From contig NC_068984.1 in NCBI RefSeq assembly GCF_001194135.2, positions 11,154,910-11,218,909 on the forward strand: DNA of 64,000 bases, in the 5' to 3' direction. Both the position numbers and the translations under genes were made by a program. The notes under the pieces are model-generated. The model searched no databases, was not told the origin of the DNA, and worked only from the letters and a program-made list of their open reading frames with translations. This stretch comes from Octopus bimaculoides (Eukaryota). Below are positions 53,006-64,000 of this stretch, one piece after another (positions within the stretch are counted from its first letter, which is position 1; each line of letters opens with the position of its first letter).

Positions 53006-53990
53006 GTCAACAAAAATATATTCTGGTGTAATGGTTTTTCCTCAAATGTTCTACAAGACATCTCTCCTTGTCCTGTTGTAATCTCTCATCAACTGGTACA
53101 AAGCCTCCCACTCTCTTTACTCCTGCCTCTTTCCAGCTGAGGGGATCTTCATCTTGCAAGTTATTTGGTGACCCTGTTGGTACTGGTGTCATGTAAACAG
53201 TGCCAGTCCTCGATTCACGTAAAAAGAATTGGTGCTGGCACCATGTAAAAAGAAACTGGTACACTCTGTAAAGTGGTTGGTCTTAAGAAGGGCACCCAGC
53301 CATAAAGATCCATGCCAAAACAACAGACAGTGGAGATTGATGCAGTCCTCTGGCTTGCCAGCTACTGTCAAATTGTCCAACCCCTACCATCATGGAAAAC
53401 AGACGTTAAATGATTATGATGTAGTACTTTCAGGAAGCCACATGTGGCCTTAAGATCAGAATCCTCACCTATGGTCTGAGAGTTATGTACTTAACAGACT
53501 ATACATATCATGCACTTTCATATTAATCTGGTCATGATGGTCATGCTTAAGTAACTTGTACTTATGTACGTCTAGACTTGTTATGTATCTGCATGTTTGT
53601 CTAGACACTGTGTTCATGTCATTCTATTGCCTTATCGACCCGACTATCACATGTCCTTCTACATCACTTGCTGCTCACAGTGCACTTCCATTCTTCTCTT
53701 GATAGTGCTGTTTCTCTCTTCTTCTTGGCTTGAATTTTTTGACTCTCATTTTCCTATCCTCATGGATGTTTTTTGAGTGGTCTCTTCCAATCTTTCAGAT
53801 ATCACTTGACAAATGCACAGGTTCATTCCAGTGGAACTTGTGCTTTTAATATTCCATGAACATATTCACTTCACTCTCAAATGTTCTCATTTTGAATATG
53901 TTCCTGCAATGATATTTCAAACATGGATCTTTTTGGCCAGTATTATTTTTTGATATTATTGTTATAGCCTTGTGTCTATAAGAGAAACTA

Positions 53991-54151
53991 TTATTATTAT
54001 TATTATTGAGTGAGAGAGCAGTGCATGCCATCAAAGTGACACGGGGGTAAAATATACAAATCCCATTATACCCATCATGACTACACATCTGATAAGGGTA
54101 CACTAGGCACATGCATCACAACCATATGTGCATGACATGGTGATCTCATAT
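53991..54151 (-). mobile_element. Short copy of the 3838-4407 retroelement, about 115 bp upstream of the PDZ3 exon
   Basis: Direct sequence match by eye to 3841-3997. Confidence 0.7.
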
Positions 54152-54213
54152 TATTATTATCATTATTATTATTATCATTATTATTATTATCATTATTATT
54201 GTTATATAGCTAA

Positions 54214-54534
<321 letters not shown>

Positions 54535-54627
54535 TAATCTAAACCAGTTATAACATATAGGCCTACTCAAAGTACAAGCATATGCTTTATGAGATGTGTA
54601 GACCACAATCACTTAATTACATAAAGA

Positions 54628-54705
54628 GGAGTCGGAGTCAGAGGTGCCAACAGTAGAGGAGCCGGAGTCGGAGTCAAAGTTTTTTGTTTCGACTCCGCAG
54701 CCCTG
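54628..54705. mobile_element. Fragment of a GGAGTC-repeat DNA element (one end only)
   Basis: GGAGTCGGAGTC occurs twice, with terminal CGACTCCGCAGCCCTG; partner end not found. Confidence 0.4.
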
Positions 54706-55360
54706 AAATTGATAAGTCCTATCAACAAAAAAGTATTCCAATCCCAGTAATGGTTTCAAATTTTGGCACATGGCCAGGCATTTTAGAGGAGGGGTAAGTC
54801 AGTTACACTGACCGCAGTGTGCAACTGGTACTTATTTTATCGGCCCCAAAGGGATGAAAGGCAAAGTCAACCTCGGAGGAATTTGAACCAAGAATATAAA
54901 GATGGATGAAATGCCATGAAGCATTATGCCCAGCATGCTAACAATTCTACCACCTTTTGGAACATGTAATATTGGTATCTTTTACATTCAGAATTGACTA
55001 TCTTATAGTAATGAACCAACAAGAAATCCTTTATGACAGCTAGAAATAACTGTTAAATCTCCCTCAAAACACATCCTACTATTCAAAGAAACATATATAT
55101 ATATCATTTGTAAAAAACATAAATCCAAAAGAAGAAGCACTCTAAGATGTAGAGCAGTATATATTAAAAATTAAGAGGTCATGGGTCAACAGGTTTTTGG
55201 GGTCTGATGATACGCCATAAAGCTAAACCCTTTATGGACAGGAAACCTAAGGTAATCCCATAAACCGGCCTTCCCCATTCTTAATATATATATATATATT
55301 GATAGGAAGGACAACAAAAAAAAAGAAAGAGACCTCGATATTATGTAAATAGAGGAATTT

Positions 55361-55617
55361 ATCTGTAAAAATAGGTGACACTTATTCGGTAGCCATGATA
55401 AAACTCTGAATTTCAGATGCTGGGGTGGAAGCCCACGCCAACATCTCTTCAGTTATCGGTCACCACACAGTAATTTCCTTTTGTTTAACGGTCATTTTTC
55501 ACAGGAATTTTCAATGGCTGGATAACTGAAGGGATGTTGGCGTGGGTTCCTACCCTGGTATCCGAAACTCAGAGTTTTATCATGGCTACCGAATAAGTGT
55601 CACATATTTTTACAGAT
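55361..55617. repeat. 97-bp inverted repeat with 63-nt spacer (MITE-like, TA-flanked)
   Basis: Arms 55361-55457 and 55521-55617 align ungapped at 87 of 97 positions. Confidence 0.9.
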
Positions 55618-55647
55618 ATATATATGTATATATATATATATATATAT

Positions 55648-55795
55648 ATCATCATCATCATCGTTTAACGTCCGCTTTCCATGCTAGCATGGGTTGGACG
55701 ATTTGACTGAGGACTGGTGAAACCGGATGGCAACACCAGGCTCCAGTCTGATTTGGCAGAGTTTCTACAGCTGGATGCCCTTCCTAACGCCAACC
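55648..55795 (-). mobile_element. Young RTE LINE 3' end (truncated)
   Basis: About 1 mismatch to the 37656 copy over the shared length. Confidence 0.85.
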
Positions 55796-57347
55796 TTGAC
55801 ATACTATGTCTGATAAGTTACAACTAGAATGCTTATGCTCTTAGGTGTACTCAGCCAGGGTGATCTGGGGTTAAACATCAACAACAGTATTTCCATTACT
55901 TACAGCAATAAGAAACTAATTACTCTCCCTGTTCAATGTTACTTTAACCTTAGTATTACCCCATTTTGTTTTTTCATCCTAATCCCTTGATAATTGTCTT
56001 AAGTCCCAAGTCTAGTCTTCGACCTAATTTGCTGCACCTGATTCTTACCAGCGGCGTGTATTGATATGTCATATTACTTACCTGGCTTACGTAATACTTC
56101 ATTTTCCCTTCTTTTCTTTTTTTTCTTCTTATTTCTATCTTTCATCTTCACTAACCCTTACCTTACCTCCTTCTCTTCACGTTCTTTCACTTCAGCCAGG
56201 TTCAGTAACTAACAGCTTTCAGTCACATGGTTTCTGATTTAAAATTGCCAACTGTTATCAATTTTCACTAAAACTACTCCAGTTTCAGATTGTATATATT
56301 TCACAAATTAATATTAAGCCCTGAAAGAAACTGGAGCTTCTACCTTAGAAACTAAACAGTTATGTTTTGAAAATTCATACACTTTGCTAATGAAACTGCT
56401 CACAGTGATTTTTGCTATATCTTGTCTTCAACTTCTAGGATGGTAAATGATTCTCAAGACAGACTTTCTCCCTGAAGTATGAGACACCTACTCACATAAG
56501 ATTTTATTGCTTTGTCGATCTCTACTTCTCTAGTATGTCTTCCACTCCCTTCCTGTCTCTATTTCTCTTCTTTTTTTCTGTTTTCTTTCTGTTTTTCTAA
56601 AAGGAAAGTTAGTATTTATCTTTCTCTTAGAAACAGGTAAATTTGCATGTTTGTATGTCTATTATCATACCTTGATGCTGTGTGGATTAGGTTCCCCATT
56701 GATAGCACCCTGAATGTTAAACACTTACAAAATGCAAATAAGGGACCCTAGTTCTCTAGAGCTCCTACATTTGATGTGAATATAAATGGATTGGCTCCTT
56801 GTTTCTCTGAGATCAGTCAAATAATGTACACATTCAGATGGTGGCATGTAAAAAGCACCATTCTAAGGTGGCCAATGCCAGTACCCCTGACTGGCTCCCA
56901 TGCTAGTGGCATGTAAAAAGCACCCACTCCACTCTCGGAGTGGTTGGCATTAAGAAGGACATCCAGCTATAGAAGCATTGCCAGATCAGATTGGAGCCTG
57001 GTGCAGCCACTGGCTCTCCAAACCTCAGTCAAACCGTCCAATCCAAGCCAGCATGGAAAACAGACGTTAAACGATGATAATGATGATGATCTTTGATGAG
57101 ACCCCAATAAGTGTCAAAAATTGATTTAGGCTGTGGGTTATTTTTTTTTTTTTTTCAGTCTATGGAAAAATTGATAAATTTGCTATGATTGTATATCTAC
57201 TCTGGAGATTTACATATCCATCAAATAGGTAGTGTGTCCCATTGACACAGAACTCATCTGAAAATTACTGCATACTTATACATCTCCTTTTTTTATAATT
57301 ATTTTGTATGTATTTTAAACCTCCCCCACTTCAGGCATCCATCACCC

Positions 57348-57390
<43 letters not shown>

Positions 57391-60300
57391 TTAGCAGCAG
57401 CAGAGGCTGTCTGTTGATATTTGACAACAAAAACACCATTTTGAGCGTGGCCGTTGCCAGTACCGCCTGACTGGCCCTCGTGCCGGTGGCATGTAAAAGC
57501 ACCCACTACACTGGATGCCCTTCCTAATACCAACCACTCAGCAGAGTGGACTTCATGCTTTTTACATGGCACGAGCACAGGTGAAGTCAGTTTTGGCAAA
57601 GTTTTTACAGCTGGATGCCCTTCCAAATGCCAACCGCTTTACAGTGTAGACTGGATGCTTTTTAAGTAGCAATTGCATTGACAGGGTCACCGAGTACCTT
57701 GGCTATGCAAAACACAATTGACTCAAATACCATGCTGTGGGATCAAACCCAGGACCTTGTAATTATGAAACAAACTTCTTGGCCATGCTTGCCTCCATTT
57801 ATATATGTATGTATGCATGCACATATTTTCCAGTGACATCAGTTTTGCAGATAAAGTATAGGATACTGACCTCTCTGCCTTATCACCTCATATCCCACTC
57901 CACCACCAGGGTGTTGGTGTAAGTACCATTAATACACTGCCGTCAACCTAATCAACCTTATCCCCTTTCAGTATCTTGGCAACAAATCCAAGGGTACAAG
58001 GTACATTATTGTATTTAGATCTAGTAAGAAAATGGTGCTAAATGTATTACTGTAATTGCTTTATGAATCTTAACGGCAGGTTCCAAATGAAGAATTCAGG
58101 TGTTTGGTTAATCTAGAATCTCCCCAACAACCTGCTTCTGTTACATTGTAGAGATATATAGCAATGTTTGTTTTGGCTGATTGTGATACATGCACCACTG
58201 TTTTCATATCTGTGCCTTTCAGCTTGTAGTGATTCTAGTTTATTGTAGCTAAACTGAAGCTTCACTTAAACAGTTTTTGTTCAGTTTTTTAGTACAACTA
58301 CAGCTATGAAATCTAATCTCTTCTGTGCCGCACACAGAATCTTACATAATCAGATCAGTTCACTAAAAGGACACAGAATAAAGATATGTGGAAATATGGA
58401 ATTACTCTCGTTAATAATAACCAACTGATCAACTAACCTCACATATTTATTGATATATTCATTCAAAAAGCATTGCACATATCTTTGACATGATATTTAA
58501 TTTAACAAACAATATTTAATCTATCTAATTAGCAGTGTTTCACTCGTCACTTAAATGTTTACATTTTAAATTCCTTTCCTTGGTAATTATTATTTTGTTG
58601 TTGCTGTCAATTCCTCTATTCTTCTCATGCTTCTGCACCATGTCTCTCCTTTTGGGTGCTGGTATGGCAATGTGGTCAAGATGGGAACAGTTATCTTTTA
58701 CTTGTTTCAGTCATTGGACTTCAGACATATTTGGTTGGTTTATTTGGCTAACTCTTGAAGGGATTAGCCAAATAAATCAACAACAGTTATCATTCTTTAA
58801 AATCTAGTATATGTTCTATTGGTCTCTTTTGCTGGACTGCTAATTTACAGGGATGTTAAGAAACCCACACTAGTTATCAAGCAGAAAGACAAACACACAC
58901 ACGCATGCACGCGCGCGATGGGCTTCCACACATTCTCCATTTACCAAATTCATTCACAAGGCATTGGTCATCCTGGAGTTATAGTAGAAGACACTTGCCC
59001 AAGATGCTATGCTGTGGGACTGAACCCAAATCCACATGGTTGCAAACAGAACTTCTTAACCATGCAGTATAATAATGAATTTAAGTCATAATTTCATGAT
59101 TCTGGGTCTAATTTCCACTATGTGGTACCTTAGACAATTGGCTTTTACCATATACTCTGGTTTTCCCAAGCCTTGCTTTTGGAGGTGGAAACTGCATGGA
59201 AGCCTGTTGGATAGGTTGTACCTGTTCTCTGGTGGGAAACTTAATCTGTTGATTGGTTCAACACTACCACATGGATGTTGGGTAGCTTTTAGCAGAGTCT
59301 ACTCTATTGCAAACATTCAGAGCAAGCCTCCTGTCTGACAATAACTCAGGTGTCATAATCTCTTCATCCCTATCTTCTACCAATCTCAGAAGCCCTTCGA
59401 AAATGCTATGAACTACCTCTTTCTGGAACTCTACTTGGTTGTGATGTTTTAGTTCATATTATTGATTTGTTTCAAGCTGGCATGAATCGTTAGAATGCTG
59501 GATGGAATGCTTAGCAGTTATTTCGTCTACTGCTACGATCTGAGTTCAAATTCCGCCAAGATTGAATTTGCCTTTCATCCTCTCAGGGTCGATGAAGTAA
59601 GTACCAGTTATGCACTGGGGTCGATATAATCAACTAGCCCCCTTTCGCCCTCCCAAGGCCTCGTGCTTAGAGTAGAAATAATTATTAATTTGTTTCGTCA
59701 TTTAATGTCTGCTTTCCATGCTGGCATGAGTTGAATGGTTTGACAGGATTAAACTAGTCTGAGGACAGCATTGGTCTCTAATACTTGCTTTGGCAAGATT
59801 TCTATGGCTTGATAACTTTCACAACACAAACCACTTTGCAGAGTAAAGTACTGTGTGCATTTTTTTAATGGCACCAGCAGTAGTGAGGTCCCCAAGTAAC
59901 TCACTAGGCAAGACCCCTTATCTGAGTAAGGCTGCAGTATTGAGGGAGGTGAATTTGTGCCAGATGTAGGAAGGTTACAGTAAGAAAGAGGGACAGAAAT
60001 AAATTCCTTGCTGCAGAGGAGATATATGGCTAACCCAAAAGGAAAAGAGGAAGAAAGGTGAAGATGAGACATCAGGGTGAACCTTCAAGATACAATAAGG
60101 TGGATAGAGAGAAAATAGGGCAATTTGTCCCCTTTTTACTTTTAGCTTACAACAAATAGCATTCAAGGGTGAAATAAAGCAGGCATAGCCCTTACACAAT
60201 GAAATTAAATTCCACACATTATCAATATTTGCTTCTATAATGAAAATAAGGTCAACATATTGTAGTATTGTAAATGCTACAAAATAATAATGTTATTTTA

Positions 60301-63300
60301 TAGTAAATAATTATTTACATTACACATTGCTTATATAAATGTATATATTAATTACACTGATAGTTATGATTACTTAATGTATAGGATTTTATTTTAATTA
60401 CTTCACACCTTTATTTTTATCCTTATTATTAGAGTATCCACATTATTGTACGGGTACGGTATAAGGAATGCTGTATGTTTGTATATTAGTGACCGATTAT
60501 TTGTTTGTATTAGATTATTTTGTTTGTGCATGTGTGTGTGTAGTGTGCTTTGCTTCCCTGGCATTTCAATTTATTGTATTGTTCTCTTCAATATATGAAT
60601 ATCTAGGACAGGACAGGTTACCTCACTCTCCTCATAAATACCTAAACTAGCTTCAATTATTTTCAACACTAAATAGTTTCAGCCCCCCCACTACTCACTC
60701 ATAACCATAAACCCACCCACTTCACTTTTGTGATCTTTATTTGTCAACTGATTTCTTTATCTTTTTTTTTTTATTTTGTCGACTGATATGGGCGGGGAAG
60801 TTTATTTTCTTCTAAGTTGCTGGCTGCCTGCACAACATTAACTTATATCTGTTCAAAAGTAGTTGCTATGTGGTGTTTATAGTAAAACTGCGGACATTTG
60901 ATTACTTTTTAAGTGGAATTAATGCCTGATTCTAATCAACCAAAAAAAAAAAAAAAAAGCAGTTAATTTAAATATTTTAATTATAAAAAAGAAAAATCAT
61001 TAAATAAGCATTTATGATTATTGTTATAAGTGGCACCCCATTTCAGTCAGGTAAGAAAAAATATAGCTGGTTTTAATCATTTTTATATATTTTATTTTCC
61101 TTTCTTTTCTATTTCATATTTACTAAATGTAACTAAATGGTTGCCTATAGTTACATCTGCCAATTAGCAAGAATATTCTTTTGTCAGAATAATTTTTTAA
61201 GAAATTGAATGATGATTATAGGGACAACAGCGATGCAGCTATGTAAATGCTCTACCTGTAATCAATTATTTAAAATCATTATGATGATGACGACTTTACT
61301 CTAATGAAGGACTCTCTACGTTGTTACTCGACCTGCTAGAAACAGCAGCCAAATTTCTCTTCTATCACAGCCTGTTATCTTAAAAAGGGTGGCATCTAAA
61401 ACTGCATTAATTAATGTAGTATTAAATACATGATACCTGAGAAAAAAAATTAAGGTAGATTAGTCATGGCAGGTATGTTTCTGATCATAAAATTAGGGAT
61501 GACCTTGGGCTAAACAACAGCAAAAACCTGTCATTTTCCCTACTTTGTCATTTATTCCGTGTTAGTGTCGTATAATATTAGTTGCAGTAATACATGCCAA
61601 CCAATCATACAAAGACCATATTCTTCTCTCTACAAATAGACTAACAGAATTTTAGAATGTGATAACATTTGTTTAGACAACTCTTATCTCAGTATTGAAA
61701 GCTTTGGGGAATTTTTTTTTTTTTTTTCTTAATATAATGATACTTTTTAATTTAACTTTGATTTGTCATCTCATCTGTCTCTTTGTGCTAAAAATAATCA
61801 TGGTAGATATCATGATCAGCATCATCATCATCTTTATCATCTCTGTTACGACAGTATCAGCTACTACGATATCAAACCTGCCCTGTCATCCAACTGCTCT
61901 GCATCAGTCACTCGTGTCTCAAGACATTGTCTACTGATACTTTTAATTAGTTATCAGAGGGCTTCAACCCGTGTTTGTTTGTTGATATATGTGTTTTGCA
62001 GATGTGAATCCCAGACTCTCCCTCAATATGTCAGCAGTATTATTCTTTATTGTCTGTATCTTAGCTGCAAGACCATCATGTCATTAAGCATCTGTTACAA
62101 GGAAAATATTAAGTGATTATTTGTGAACTAAGGAAAGTTTACAGTTAGTTACCATTAGGTTTTGGTCAATCTTACTATTGGAATTTCAACCTAATTCTCC
62201 TCTTCATCATTATTTATTTAAACCAGCCATATTCGTCTCAAATATTCTGCCTGTTTTATGCTCAAACAGGCCAGGTCTGGCCTCTCACATCTAACCTGCA
62301 AAGTCATTCAAAAAATAAACAATCACATCATTGAAGTCTTAAAGCTATGAGATAATGCATAATTAATTCAAAACAAAGTGAATAGATAAGCATTTCATTT
62401 GACAGAGTCATCTGAATGCTTGAAGGGTTTAAAATACATCTTTCTATATTGAATGTGATTTCTACTCTAGGCACAAGGCCAGAGGTTTTGTGAGAGAGGG
62501 CCAGTCAATTAGATCAGCCCCAGTACGCAACTGGTACTTAATTTTATCAACCCCAAAAGGATGAAAGGCAAAGTCGAGCTTGACTGAGCTTGAACTCAGA
62601 ATGTAAAGACAATCGAAATACTGCTAAGCATTTCGTCCAGCTTGCCTGTTAGAAAACTGATTTTGTTATGTTGGAAATGTTGATAATTGTATTGTTGTGG
62701 CATTAGAATGAATTCTAACATAAATAAAATGTAACATTTTATCACAAAACAGTGCATGTGCACAGCAAAAGCAAAAACACACAGAGCCTAACATCATGCT
62801 CTAATAACCGTGTTTTTTCTATGTTGTTGTTTACTGCTATCTAACAATATTTCTATGAAAGATTTTCTCAGTAGTTTTAATGTAACATACTTATATTACT
62901 TACAAGATTGTCCATCTTGGAGCAAAGGGTTTTAGTGTCAGGTACTCTTCTTCTGACAGTCCACACAGTTACAAAAGTTGTTTAGCTTCAGCTCAGTCCT
63001 AAACGAGTAGATCTATGATCAAAGTTATTCCAACCATGACCCAGCCATCTATTTTTCTAGGCAGCATTATCCAATGTATCCAACCTTTTTAAGAAGAGAA
63101 TGATTTAGCTGTATAGAATCTTTCTATCCTTGTTCATATTGAAATATTAGTACAGCTACACAATCTTTGAATTGGAATTTCAAAAAATTAAAGCTTTTTT
63201 GAGGAGAATGTCCACACACTAAAGCTTGTATTTGACACCAGACATGACTCCCACTCAATCCTGCTTATGTTTGAAGTTTTACTTGGGAATGAAAAATACA

Positions 63301-63584
63301 CTAGTAATTTTATGAGCTGTCTTTATCTCAGTTCATGTACCAGTTTACTACAATACAAATAAACTGTATTATTGTTTATAGTTTTTATCCTTCTCTGAGA
63401 ATATGAAAATCATCATTATTTAATGTCCATTTTCCATACTTGCATGGGTTGGATAGTTTAACAGGCACTGCCAAGTCAGAAGACTTTGCCGAGTTCTGTC
63501 TGCTTTGGCATTGTTTCTATGGTTGGAGACCCAGTATAATACAAATAAACAGTACTGTCCAATACTTTCACTTGGTTGTGTTTA

Positions 63585-63865
63585 CATCATCATCATCATC
63601 ATCATCGTTTAACGTCTGCTTTCCATGCTAGCATGGGTTGGACGATTTGACTGAGGACTGGTGAAACCGGATGGCAACACCAGGCTCCAATCTAATTTGG
63701 CAGAGTTTCTACAGCTGGATGCCCTTCCTAACGCCAACCACTTAGAGAGTGTAGTGGGTGCTTTTACGTGTCACCCGCACGAAAACGGCCACACTCGAAA
63801 TGGTGTTTTTTATGTGCCACCCGCACAAGAGCCAGTCCAGGGGCACTGGCAACGATCTCGCTCGA
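63585..63865 (-). mobile_element. Young RTE LINE 3' end (truncated within the repeat array)
   Basis: Same 3' end plus GTCACCCGCACGAAAACGGCCAC array units shared with the 37656 copy. Confidence 0.85.
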
Positions 63866-64000
63866 GAGTTTGACATATAGGTGTCTTGTTTAATGTGTAT
63901 TTTTACATTATCTTAGAAAGCCTACTTAGCATAATACGTGCAAAAAGAAAAGTCAAAGGAAGAACAAATTGTTCAAAGAAACCAAAAATATTTATCTATC

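Noticed and set aside
56075-56086. U1 snRNA 5' end (TACTTACCTGGC)
   Set aside because: The match stops after 12 nt; it is equally a chance minus-strand donor consensus

Overview
AT-rich, microsatellite- and retroelement-dense eukaryotic DNA with six assembly gaps. The repeat content points to an Octopus genome (inference). The window holds the middle of one + strand gene, a MAGI-family scaffold (membrane-associated guanylate kinase with WW and PDZ domains). I traced nine phase-compatible exons from 20817 to 54472 (2604 nt, about 868 aa) encoding WW2, PDZ1, PDZ2, a long linker and PDZ3. I did not find the upstream GK/WW1 exons or the downstream PDZ4-5 exons; they probably lie outside the window or in gaps. 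The introns contain two tRNA-headed SINE families, many 5'-truncated RTE LINE 3' ends, older LINE fragments, and hAT-, mariner- and piggyBac-type MITEs. I found no clearly new multi-gene system. The best leads are: (1) an intronic cluster of four canonical promoter motifs at 44.8-44.9 kb, possibly driving an antisense or internal transcript; (2) a foldback MITE family with a perfect 40-bp telomeric-repeat palindrome; (3) an RTE LINE whose 3' UTR carries a variable-number hairpin array that looks superficially like CRISPR; (4) long intronic hairpins beside small MAGI exons, which are candidate ADAR or splicing elements. All coordinates and alignments were done by eye.
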